This document shows positions 49,001 to 61,400 of a stretch of 64,000 nucleotides of DNA, piece after piece. Below the pieces are notes generated by a model. That model was not told the DNA's origin and searched no databases. It saw nothing but the letters and a program-made list of their open reading frames with translations. The first letter of the stretch is position 1; the number at the start of each line of letters is the position of its first letter. The stretch is from Stylophora pistillata. Taxonomy: Eukaryota. Location: positions 1,313,998 to 1,377,997 of the forward strand of contig NW_019217790.1 of NCBI RefSeq assembly GCF_002571385.2. Reading direction: 5' to 3'. Position numbers and translations under genes: made by a program.

Positions 49001-49717
49001 ATTTTGGTTTTATGAACTGAGTTAATAATGTAAATTGGCCACTGTAAAGATTTTCAAAGCTGACATTAGCATTAGCCTTTCGTCAGAGCAACTCAGTCAG
49101 GTACACCAGAGGAGACACGTGACCCAATTTTGAGTTGTTTCTTGTGACTCATAAAATTACTTTTAACTTGAAGGAAACAACAGAATAGTAGCATGACATG
49201 ACAGAAAAACGATTGGAGAGGAGACATAGACAAATAAGATACTAGCAATGTCCAAACAAGTAGAAGGCCGCCTACAGGAAGATGAAAACAGAAAGTTAGG
49301 GGGGGAGTTTTCTACAAGCTTAGGCCGGATTTGGTCATGGTGGCCATAGGAAAAGTTAAAAGGGAACTCACTTTTCAAGCATTTCCAAGATTTTGGCTGC
49401 CTGTCTGAAGAAGTGTAAACTCCATTTTTCCAAACTCTGAAATGAAAAATATATATAATGAAATCTAGCCCCACACCAAAATATTTTGTTATGGAATGGC
49501 TCAGTGAAGAAAAGGAGAGGTAAGAAAATCAAGTTTCTACAATTTCATAGCACCTGATCCCTAATTTTAAGTATCTAAAGTATTACAAGCTTCCGTCAGA
49601 GAAAAGTGAGATATTTTAAGACTTACAATAAATGTCGATAACTTGCATTCTGATCACTATGTATGTAGTCTACTCAACTATAATATATCAGCTATAACAT
49701 ATCAACTATAATATATA

Positions 49718-49816
<99 letters not shown>

Positions 49817-49913
49817 AAGCATACGCATCAGTTTAAAATCAAAAGGGAGCTAAAAAATCCGGTTTCTTCTCACAAAATAATAATTTCTTGAGGGCGTTTT
49901 TAATAAAACAATG

Positions 49914-49945
<32 letters not shown>

Positions 49946-49966
49946 TATAGCCAACTCGGCGCTACC

Positions 49967-50002
<36 letters not shown>

Positions 50003-53000
50003 ACACTCCTGGAATAATTGTTAAATATATGATATACATTATAACTATCAGCCTTTATAATATACAACAACAGACCTTCCAATGCTCCTCATAGAACCAT
50101 GGATTTGGAACACTTCCCTTCAGATATGTTGCCTGAAACAACATGTTGGATATATTACGTTCTGTCAACTAATTTAAAACAAACTCATTTTTCCCTCAAC
50201 CTGACCAGACATTAAGTAGATTCACATTTCATTTGTAACCTCTCAGAATGTCAAAATTTACAAAGTTCCAAAATACACATAGCCACCTAATACTCTGCTA
50301 ATTAATCTTTTTTATTTGTCACCTTGTCAATGTGATTCTTGTGAGCTTAATTTTGTTTTCAGTTGACCTTAAAATTAGGGGAAAAAAAAAAACAAAAAAG
50401 GAGTGATGATATTTCCTTCTTACTAACCTTTGATCCAAAGGCATTAGCAAGATAGATCAGCAGTTGAACTTCCTGGCCATGTCTCTCGTCCACAGCTCGT
50501 ATCTTCTCCATACCACACTGAACAGTGTGGCAAGTTTTATTAGAATCTTTAACACTATATAACAATTAAAGTATGGTTAATAAGTTTATGATTCAATAAA
50601 ACACAAATTTTTGAAATTAACAAAAAAATATCTGATAGTCTCTTGGCCAAGAAAAAAACACTGCATTACACCAGCCACGAAATTTTCCCACAATTGTAAA
50701 ATCACAGGGTAAAACTTTTTATTTTAACACCTTTCCACCTTCTTTTTAACCATGCATAGGTTACTTTTGCAAGGAAAAAGCTTTATCAGAAAAAGTAACC
50801 CTGTTCCAAGCTTTATAAGAAAAAGTAACCTTATACTATTAGTGCAAAAGTTATTTCTTTCGAAATCTGCGACAAGTACACGATCTCAAGTGGTATGAAT
50901 GCAAAAGAAAAGACCAATGGATTTCCACTACCCTTGAATAGGATGGTTCTTCATCAATATATTACCCCTAATTAGCTGGTACAAACAGGGGTGTGTGTTT
51001 CAACCCCAGAAGGACAAGGCAAATTAAGAGGGGTCAAACCAACCACCTGCTGTTGCAAAGAACCTACTTGTATTCCATTTTACCTGAATCGTGTGAATAA
51101 GCTCTGTACCCAAGAAATTTGTCATGGCTGGATAAACAAACACCAGGTATAAACAGTTTGATCACATCTACCTTAACTTAACTAAACCTCTACCTGAATT
51201 TTCCAGTGTAGAGATTATATGCACATGTCCACCACTCCTGTTGAACAGGTAAGCTTAGAGTATCACAAAGCGGCTGAGGTAGAATTTGAGGCTCATAATC
51301 CTCATAAAAAATGTCTTTGTCCTCCAGAACTCTAGCTGCTGAAGTCCTTACAACTGCATAAACAAATGCCTAGTAGTAAACAAACAGCTATTTTAAGGTG
51401 TATTTTTGAAAAAAGGTTTGAAATGACTAGATGATGCTGGAAAGAAGCAGGTGTTGGGTATCCTCATTTAAAGTTGTAACATCTTCTTGGCTACATCTAC
51501 AAACACATTGTATGATTCATGAAAGAAGTAGCTGGCAAAACATTACCAATCTACCTAATGAAATAAGCTGACTGCCAGTTCTATTGTAAAACCCTGTAGC
51601 CACAACAGACAAAGCAAAGAAACAAATCCAAATGCTTATCAATTTAGTTATAATTGTTTGTCCATGCAGAAGTCTCTGCATTACCTCTAGGTCCCTCAAG
51701 CATAACATGTTAGGAGCAATGTGTTTCTCAATGCTTGGAACATCAAGTCTCAGCTCTGGAAAAATGTCCTTCACCATGATACCCACTGAAGGAGGAAGAT
51801 CAATGTTAATCAGCAAGAAATCTGAAGTTATAAATAAAAAATGAAGAGAAAAGTCAAGTGTAAGGAAGCTTTAATCCAACCTCCAGGCCTCATTTCCTTG
51901 TTGTATTGATACCAGTGTAATCCAATCCAGGTCATGTTTTCCAGGCTACGAGGATTCTCCCCAACTGCCACTACAATTCAAGAGATTCGAAACTATTACA
52001 CAACTGAAAAACTAAGCAATGACCAACCAAAGAATAGGAGAAGTCTAGCTAAACTACTGACAAATGATTTTATCCATCAAATTCAAAACAACAATTTTAG
52101 CAATTTCCTGATTGAAGCAGCATGCAGGATGATTGTCTCATATGCATGACCTGTACTACCAGACATATTTAGCAAGGACACTTCTTCTGAAAAACATCTG
52201 TGACCTTCTCTCCCCCTCTCCTTCCAATGTTGTCAGATGCCAAATGTATCTATGACATCAGGCAGACCAACACTGAGAGGGGAGAGGGGAGGTGTCTCAC
52301 GAAATGTGTTTGAGAGTGAACCTCACCAACAAGTTTTTCAGTGGCCTAGTGGGAAGAACATCCAGGGGCAACTTCCTAAGGAAGACTCAGTATTATCCAT
52401 ACCACAGTTATGAAAAATTCATAATTAATCTTGACTGTCGGCCGACTGTTGGCCAAGAGTTGGCTGTTTGTCGGTCGACTGTCGGCTGTTTGTTGGTTGA
52501 CTGTTGGCCAACAGTCAGCCAACAGGTTTTTTGGGGAGCTATTATTGAATTTTACCCATTTTCTAGACAAAACTTTCCACTATTCTTGCAGAATGACAAC
52601 CTTTCATCACCATCAAAAAACAGTCTGCAGTTTACCTTCATCCCAACCAACCAGTTGATCAACATCTGGTATTGTCATCTCAGTATCACAATAGTCTTCA
52701 TCACATGCCAAGAAAGACTATGGAATGAAGAACAAAAAGGAAAATTATCATCAAAGTCCACCAACTCCTTAACTCAATCTTATCTCTGACAGGAACAGCA
52801 GAAAATGTACTGCAAAACATCTCTAGTCTCAGATTGAGAATCCATTATTTTTCCTTTCTGACAAATGCTGTCTCTAGACTCCACTGAGTTATGGATGCAT
52901 GTGGGAGGTTGCTGAGCATGAAAGAAGTGCCAGAGTCACTCGAGGCAAGTGCATCCACAACTCAATAGTGTATGCTGTGGTGTTTATCAATTGTTTTATA

Positions 53001-56000
53001 ACATAAAAAACAACTTCTTGCAAAACATTTGCTTACTTAGAAACATTTGCTTGCCCCAGCAGCTACACCCATTGGCAAATAGTAGACACTGAGTTGACCT
53101 TTCAGACCATGCATTGTATGTAATTTATGTTATAACTGACTAGAGCTCATCTTAACACTTAACAATGCAATGCTTACTTTAGACAAATCTCTCTCATCTC
53201 TGTAAAGTGCACTGAGGATGTCATGTTGCCCCTGCCTTGAGCAGCAGTCTGTGTGACAGGTGTCCAACCAATCTTGACCTAGCTTGTCTCTTGTGGCCAT
53301 GAGAAAATGCCCTGCGGATTGAAATATGCTTTCAATGGAAAAATAGCTTGGATCCCTTGAACAAAACCTATTTAAACACACCTATTCAACTTCTCTCAAG
53401 TCCCTTATCTCAACTCCCGTTATCATGGACTCTTAGTTCTTATTCACCACTTTTCAAGCCATGTAACAAATCAACGTAGCTTGAGGGTAGGATGGGAAGA
53501 AATAAAACAAATAAACCACTTACCAGTTTGGCTGAGCCTTGAGCAGGCCATGATGTACCATTTGAGAGGGTCTTTGTTTTTAGGGGCTCTAGCAACCCAG
53601 GGTGTCTTTGTTTCAGGCTGAAGAATACTGACACTTGCCAAGTAACAGGCACAAGCCAATCTCAGCCCTCTAGGCCAAGTTACAAATTTCTATAGTAAAA
53701 AAAAAGAAAACATAACCAGATCTTACCAAATTAAATATATCTTCCAATAAAAGACTCGTTTTCTATGATGACACTCAAAAGAAGCCTCAGGTGAATTATG
53801 TAATTTATTTCCAGTTAGGAAACCAAAAAAAGATTAATCCTTGGAAAAGTCAACTTTAAACAGGTATTTAGACACAAAAGGACTGTCCAAATTATTTTTA
53901 CATGGACTTATACTTGACACAACTTAACAAAACAAGATTCAAGACTACCATTGGTAAACATAAATTATGACATTTTTTCAGGCAGCAGTATTTTCAAAGC
54001 TTGTACAGAAAAATGTTACCCTCATTCATTTCCACAGTCAATGAAAAATGACAATAGTTTGCAGCAAGTAAGGTAAGAATCAACCATCATAATGACTGAG
54101 CAAACATTCACAGTTCTGTACGCCATGAACCTTTATGGTAACCACTACATGTCCACGAGGAAATGATCAAATCATCATTATTAACCTAAGTTGACTTGGA
54201 CAGAGCACACGTATTTTTTCTACAACACTTGGAATACCTCCTTGGCAAGTCGAATTAAAAAAGTGCCGCAGTACATGTAAAGCTGAGCTTTCATCTCTGA
54301 TAGAATCACTTCCCACTCAGTTGGTCCACCTGATATTGATCGTCTCGGTGACTGGCGGATTTTACGCCCATAAGCCATAAACAAACAGTGATCTAACCTA
54401 ATAATATTAAATGATGTTAATATTTTATTATTATTGATCAATACTTCATCAGCCTAACTATTAGCAATGTTTTTAAAAGTAATAAAAAAGGATGTGTTGT
54501 TTGGTCCATAAGGTGTCAAGTACATGTAATCTTCATCTTTGTCTTTGTCAATGATGACATGTGTGATCAAAGGTGTTAATGAGCATTAACCCATTGACGT
54601 CCAGTGCGCCTGTATGCGCCCATGGGGACCCACACCCTTTCTACGCCTTGTGACGTCATCACTTTTAACCCTGGAGCACGAATTTGAGCACCTAGTTGAA
54701 CAGGTTGAAAATATCTTACAGATGATACCAGAATGAGCGCAATTGAGTGAAGGAGATTGGAGAAATAGCCAAAAAACCGTGTCACTTTGACCTGAAAATC
54801 TGCACGAAAATCGTGTTTCACTACCCACCTACCTTTCCGAGCATGTGCTTTGAAAATAATGAGTAGTTTCTGAAAAATCTCTACACCAAAATGAAGCCTA
54901 CTCAATTTCCAGCAAGTGAGGAGAAACTTCAGGCAAGGAGAGGGGGAAAAAAAGGGCAGGAGAAAGAGAGAAACGTAGAAGTCGTAAGTGGGGCATGACT
55001 TTTCAACCCAAAAACTATGTCGAAATCTTGCTCTCTGCACATGCGCGAGATTTTCAGGCCGCCATTTTGCATTTGGATCGAAAGGCCATCCAGTGCACGA
55101 GCTGTCAAGGGGTTTTTGTTAAGTTTGAGCTTTTAAAACCACAACAGTGACCCAAAATCTGCTCGACTAACCTCAAAACACAGTTTTCCACAAAAGCTGC
55201 GGCCATTAATGGGTTAATGGACAGGATGCAAAATTGAGAAAACTTTACCAAAGCAAAAATACAAAACTGGAGGGGTGTGCAGAATGAGGCTTAAATGACA
55301 TCCAGTGCAACATTTACTTCTCCTTCTTTTATCACCAGGAAATATTGGAGAGTCAGTTTTCATCCAGGTGTGGCACAGTCATCCATACTGTTCATTATAA
55401 CTAAATTGATTTTAAGTAAGTGATTTCCTTTGCCCTACCTGAAGAGAACATTGATAACTTCACGAGTGCTGCATTCACGGAGATTTAGCTCCAAAAACTG
55501 ACAAAGTGCAATGAGAAGGTAGGCATGTACATCAAGTATGCTGTTACCAGTACCTACTGCCTCATCTTCCAGTACTGCAGGCAATAGAAATTTGAATAAA
55601 TTTACAGCAAAAAATGTAAACTTTAAAAACAATGCCTTAGAATTAATTATGTACCAAGGGATTTAGTAAATTTCAGTCTACGTCAATGGTCTGCAAAGTT
55701 AATATCAAATTGTCTATGTGACTGTTAACCATAAGAGAGCTTTTTTGTCACTCAGAAAAAGTAAAGTATGGTGAAAAATCCAGCATCCAATACTCACTGT
55801 GCTTTTCCAGAGATGCAAGGTATTTCTACAAAGAAAAGAACAGGCTTAATGATGTTGTTCTGTCATATAACAAGAGTAGAGGAGTCTTCAACTGCAAGCA
55901 GTCATGCTCTAGAGTCTTACCTCAAACATTTCCACACTACATGCAACCCATGGTAGACTGTCTTGGAAGGCTTTTGTTTTCAAAACTGTCGCACAATGAC

Positions 56001-58205
56001 TAAAAGCCTCATCAAGACGTCCTGAAAAAAAACAAACAAACAAAGAGTTTCTCCTTACAATATCAATACAATACTAAGAAAACAAGTGATGAAGTGATGG
56101 GAATAAAGAAAAAAGTGGGGTGAATAATTATTAGTTGATCCAATGACAAATTCTCTAAACTTACATGAAAAAAAATGTATAGCAGACACTATGGAGATTT
56201 CAAGACTTGAAAAGCATCATAATCAATGATCAGTAGTACATTACCTCTCACAGCATACAGTCTCACCAATCTTACATGTAAGTCAACTTCTCTGGGCCTC
56301 TTGCTCTAAATTAAAAACAGAGATAGGTACATCATATATTGTATACAGTTGGAGACCGTTTTTTACCCTGTCTTAGAAGAAAGTATTGTGTGTGTGTCAC
56401 ACCCTCCTTCTTCCACTTATTTGCACCGTTACCCATTAATAATGGGGAGTATAAGGAAATAACGAAAGAGAGAAACTTACAAGTTCTTCAGAAATCAAAT
56501 CTTCAAGAGCCTCATAATCTCCAACTTCAGCTGACTCCAGAAGATGCAACTGTAGTGTAAAGAAAACTTGATTGGTTAGTTTGTTAATTCATAAGTAGCA
56601 AAACATCAATATCACTTTGACATTTTAGAAAACATTTGAAGCACATGTCACTCAAAACAAAACCTCACCCTCAGACTGAACACATCTGGATGGCCAGGAA
56701 ACAGACGAGCACCTCTGTCTGCCCATGCCTGTGTGGTCAATTCACAAAATTAATCCACATTAAGAAACAAAATTTCAAAGTTTCACCATTTGAGGTAAAG
56801 AGTTGTATTAGTACTAACCTTAGCTCTTTCTGGATGAACTGGAACATTGCAGTATAATTTTACCACTGAAATAGATTTTGCAATAATTTCAATTATTGTT
56901 GTTCTTTTCCAGTTAATCACTATTTGATAGCTTCCTTTAAAACAAGTCTTTGATATAAGAAAGCAATTAAAGAAACAGAAGAGAGGGATCAATTTGCAAT
57001 TCAATGAGCATCATCCTGACCTTTCAAAACTAGTTCCTTTTGACTGTTATTCAATTCCAAAGACCTGTAAGATTCAATTGTTTAATATCATCACAATTAT
57101 TATCAAATTATTGCTGTAATCATTATCATTATTGTCATAATTGATAATAGTATACACTGAAACAATTGATACCATCAAGGCCATGCTCTGATTGGCTATT
57201 CAAATTCCAATATCAGCACGAGCAGGATTTTCACCCAAAAATATTGTAATTGTTGCAGGAAGAAATGGGTTATAGTCATCTTTTTGTGCTTTATTATCTC
57301 ACTGTTTTAAGAGACACTAAAACAGCTACTGAACTCACCACTTTGCAGCTCTGTAAATATCCACTACTAGCCACCTTAACTTCAGTGAATAGTTGTTAAT
57401 TACTCATATTACATTAATTTATTATAATTGACTCTAAATCCTAAGACATCAATCACCATTTTGAGAACTACTACACCTTGAAGAGCATGACTAAATATCA
57501 AACAGAAAAACACACAATACCTGCGATATGAAGCCACAGCCCTTTCTAGTTCACCCATTCCTTCACACAGCTGCCCCATGAGATAATGACCCCTATGGAT
57601 TGGAAGCAAATATCAATGGAGCATCATTTAAATATTAGGGTTTATTTCTCATAAAAACTTAGCTGTATATTATCTGATTTGGGGATGAATGAATGAATGA
57701 ATGAAGAACTTTTTTTAACGTGTCTTTGAGAAAGCAGCTGGGGGGAAAAGTCCCCTCTGCAAATTGAGGACACCTGTTGATGCTATCTAAAATGGATTAG
57801 TAAAACAAATAGATAAATTACCTTATTTAAATTTATAAAAGAAAAGAGTAGCGTATTCTTCAAGTATCCCTTTAAAGGTTTTTCTACTGTTGTAGCTCTT
57901 ACAAAACAACTCAACATACACACCATAAATAATCAAAAGGATGGGAACATTTAGTATGATTAACATCTGACATTCATGAGCACAAAACCAAATAAAGTGA
58001 TATAGCGAAAAAAAAAAAAAAAAAGAAAAAGAAACCCATAAAATAGTATAAGCTGTGAAATTATCTGAGACTGACTTACCATAGAACTTTTCAATCGGAG
58101 ACAAACACACATAATTATTACCTTAGCTGTCAGTCTTTTTATATACGTATAAATCAAACCTACCTAAAATCAGTCTCATTTTCGCCAATGTAAGCTTCCA
58201 GATGT
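40055..58205 (-). CDS. RANBP2: RANBP2/Nup358 nucleoporin and SUMO E3 ligase (5' exons not in window; in-frame TAG at 41132-41134)
   Basis: Many short TPR/helical-region exons from ~58205 to ~46562 (HYLMGQLCE..RAVASYRRSLELN..QKELVLK, WADRGARLFPGHP, MTWIGLHW). A 4.7-kb exon (46403-41716) carries three RanBP1-type domains (HFEPLIPLP..WKERG), two RanBP2 zinc fingers (WxCxxC..CxAC), FG motifs and two IR-like repeats. The last exon, from 41234, carries a fourth RBD and a third zinc finger. Confidence 0.95.
41277..41612. mobile_element. Head-to-head inverted pair of tRNA-derived repeats in the last RANBP2 intron
   Basis: Arms GAAAGCGATC..GTGAAAATAAGGCCT..CCGTACGGTAGTTGAACCCA..CTAACAAG / CTTGTTAGCTCAGTTG..TGGGTTCAACTACCGTACGG..AGGCCTTATTTCCAC..GATCGCTTTC. 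Confidence 0.75.
47950..48070 (+). mobile_element. Degenerate tRNA-derived SINE of a second family
   Basis: GGCAGAGCATC..GGAATCCGAACGTCTGAGGTTCGATT (B-box-like). The tail CACGCTTGTGAGAAGACGAAAAACATC has a reverse-complement relative at ~36410-36444. Confidence 0.5.
52430..52530. repeat. Degenerate 12-bp tandem repeat (CCGACTGTYGG-like), self-complementary units
   Basis: gactgtcggccgactgttggccaa..gtcggtcgactgtcggc..gactgttggccaacagtcagccaacag. Confidence 0.6.
54590..55213 (-). mobile_element. piggyBac-like non-autonomous element, 624 bp, TTAA TSD
   Basis: TTAA at 54586-54589 and 55214-55217, CCCATT..AATGGG ends; reverse-complement copy of 24955-25860. Confidence 0.85.
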
Positions 58206-58419
58206 CTAACAAGGGAAAAATGCACACTACACTTTTAACTACAATTATCATCATGGCAGTGCTCTATATAAATCATCACATCCCCACAAAACTTCCCCCA
58301 TCCCAACTCATCCGATTGAGAGGCTGATCGGGGTCACAACAACACATTCATGGGATAAAAGAGAAGTGACATCCTTCCTAGGCTGAGGGGAACACTTGAC
58401 TGAGGGGAATCAATTGATT

Positions 58420-61400
58420 AAAAGTTAGGGGTGCAAGCATCTATCGATACGGGGTGACAATATATCGAAAGCGTTTGTTGAGGGTAAGAGTAAGCGGTAG
58501 TTTGGTCAGCAGGGAAATTATGAAACCCATGAATATTCTGAAAGCCCCCAAAAGGATGACATTTAAAACTGAAGAGAGGTTTGACTAAGACACTAGAAGG
58601 CGTAATGATGACAACGACTATTAAATCATCTTTAAACAAATCAGAGATTGAGTTCCCTGAGGAAAACCTTAAAAATTGTTCTGTTAAAAACCAGCCCTTC
58701 TTGGGTTATTTTGAAAAAAGGGACGAGTTTGAGGATATGCTCCACAGGTTTCTTCTTTTAAGTTCCACATGCTTTGTAAAGAAGGCCTTGCACTCAAAGG
58801 AGTTAAATCACAAGAGGTTTTCAAAAATGGTAGGGAGTTTCTTTTATTTTTAGCTGATTTTTTGCTTTTATCAATTGGGAGTGGACCTTGTAGAGACCTG
58901 ATTGTTTGATCTTTTGTAAAAACTTATGCAATGCACCAGCGGAAAAGTGTTGAAACATTTAAAACTGTTTGATATAAAAGAAAGCCCTTGGAAAAAACTT
59001 TAAGTGCTTAACCTAGTATACCAAAATACTTTTTCAAATTATGTATTCTAATTAGTGTCTCTCGTCTTTAAACACAATGGTGGTAAAGTACCAATCCAAT
59101 TTTTTGGCAAACCGTTACCATTGTAAGCAATGAAACTCGGCATTGCCTTCAAGGACCAACAAAGGTGAGAAATCCTTTTGTAAACAGAGTTTGAAATGTA
59201 ATCAAATGTATCAGTTGTACTCCATTTTGTATAACCCATGAAACTATTATAAGTTTTTTTAGGTATTTTAGTGAAGGAATCCTTTGAGCTTTTTGCATGC
59301 AGAGGGAAAGCTTTGCTCTATTTGATTTGACCCAATGTCAAAGGGTCTTGATGTTGGCTGTCAAGCCATGCTGACCTGTCACAGAAGCTTTGATAGAAAG
59401 CAGATCTGTGCTGCTCAGTAATTCTTAGCAAACAGAGTTGTGAAGAGGGTGGCAAATGGGGAGTTCCAAGCACACATCACGCATCACCGAGATTTGTAGC
59501 GTGATGCAAGTGAAATAGCTGCAATTGAAGAACAGTTTCCAGGAAGTGTGGCATACATTTGCGACTTTCATGGGATAAAGACTCTTCAACGGTAGGCATG
59601 ATCGAAGAAGAACAATCTACCATCTGCAGAACAAGATATGTTTCTAGAATTTATGAAAGGCATAGGCTAAGTGTCTTATAAGGATCAATTTAAAGAGTGA
59701 GTAAAGGCACTTAGAAAATCCAACCTTTACAAAGATCATGAAACTTTGAAGGACTATGTTGAAAACACCTGGCTGTTATGTGCTTATTGATGAGTCCAGG
59801 CTTTTCGTAAACAGCAGGCAATCAACATAGTAAATACCAGCAACAGAATTTAAGCACAGAACAAAGTATTTAATACGAATATTTATCAAGATCAATAGAC
59901 AAGTCCATTTATGGTATTGCAACTATTTTAGTGGAATGATTTATCCCGGAATTCCTATCAGCAATACCTGCAAAGCAATTTAATATTCAGTAGTGCTTAA
60001 GGAAGGTACAATTCCTCTATTCCTGCTTACATGCAAAACAGACCCCCACAATTTGTGAAGCACTGCTTGAAATCTCACTTTCAGGCAAGTGAATACCAAG
60101 ATGGCGATGTATTGATCCTCTGTTAATTTCCAGAAAGGTGAATTTCACATGAAAAGTTTCAGTAAGTTGAAGCAGAAACATCTTGTCCAATTAACAATTC
60201 CAAGTTGCACCTGTGAAGCCTGGCAGAAGTCCCAATACCCTAGTAAGCACTTCTTCATGGTGTTCAAAGCCTACCGAGAGTGGGACTTTAATACTCTTCC
60301 AGAGGACTATAAAATCAGTGTATTCATCACTCTTGACACTGAACATTTGAATGTTAATTTCCTGGTCTTCAGTGAGGAAGATGCACCACTGCATGCCGCT
60401 CAAATAAGAGACAATTTCATTGAAGAGAAGGAAGATGCTTTTAGTGAATGCAGCCCGTCAGAACTGCCGGATATCAAGGAAACTCCTAAGGACAGCACAG
60501 AAACACAAGTTGGCAGAAGAGCAATTGAAGGGATTAAAACGGGTCTGCCTTCCCTCAGCACAAGACTGAGAAACAACCTTCAAGAGTAACTGAATGCTGT
60601 GAAAGATGTTGCTTTTCTCATGGATGACAACAACATACTCATGCAGGGAGGCATTAAGTGGCATAAAGGTAGTCTTCACCATGCTGACAAAAAATTGTCT
60701 CAAAAATCATGGCCTCCCTCTTAGAAATAGTCCAGTGAAGGAGAAATTAAAACTAAACCAAGTTGAATAACACCAGGTGTTGCACAAAAAGCTACCTAAA
60801 CAGAGGAAATGGAAGAAGAGGACTTCTACACCTATCGTGTTGCCAGACAAATGATGACGAGCGAGGTAACTTAACAATAAAAATATTGATACATATATTT
60901 GAATAGAGCTTACTTAGTCGTCTTAAAAAGAAATAGGTTTTTACATGTGAAAACTTAAGGAACTATTCCTCTTTATGACCAGATCATTCTTTCCATCGCA
61001 TAAAAATAGAAATAGCGTTCCTACCACTTAAACTGTTCATCATTTTTTCGGCAAACTGGAGAAGTAATTGCGGACTTGCCGTGACTTTGAGTAGTGAGGA
61101 CAGTGACCAGTGCAAAGAAACAGAAAATAGAATTTCTGAAGAACCCAAGCAAGCAACAAACAGTTTGCGGTTAATCTCTTATCAGGCTAAGCTCTTTGAT
61201 TTTAAGAGGGTACTACTCCAGTAAATTTTGCCATTGTTTCTATTTTTCATTTCTGTCTCTTTCAGAGACAGTACCTTTCATGGCTAACAGCAAATTTGGA
61301 AATGTGACCCTGTCATGTGTCTTCTCGATGCAAAGGGAGTTAACCTAGGGATACACCATGTCATGCTTGAGATCGAACCTTCAAGACTAAAGGTTGGTGA

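Noticed and set aside
4181-58205. Minor (U12) introns
   Set aside because: None of the donor sites I resolved match RTATCCTT; all are ordinary GT-AG.
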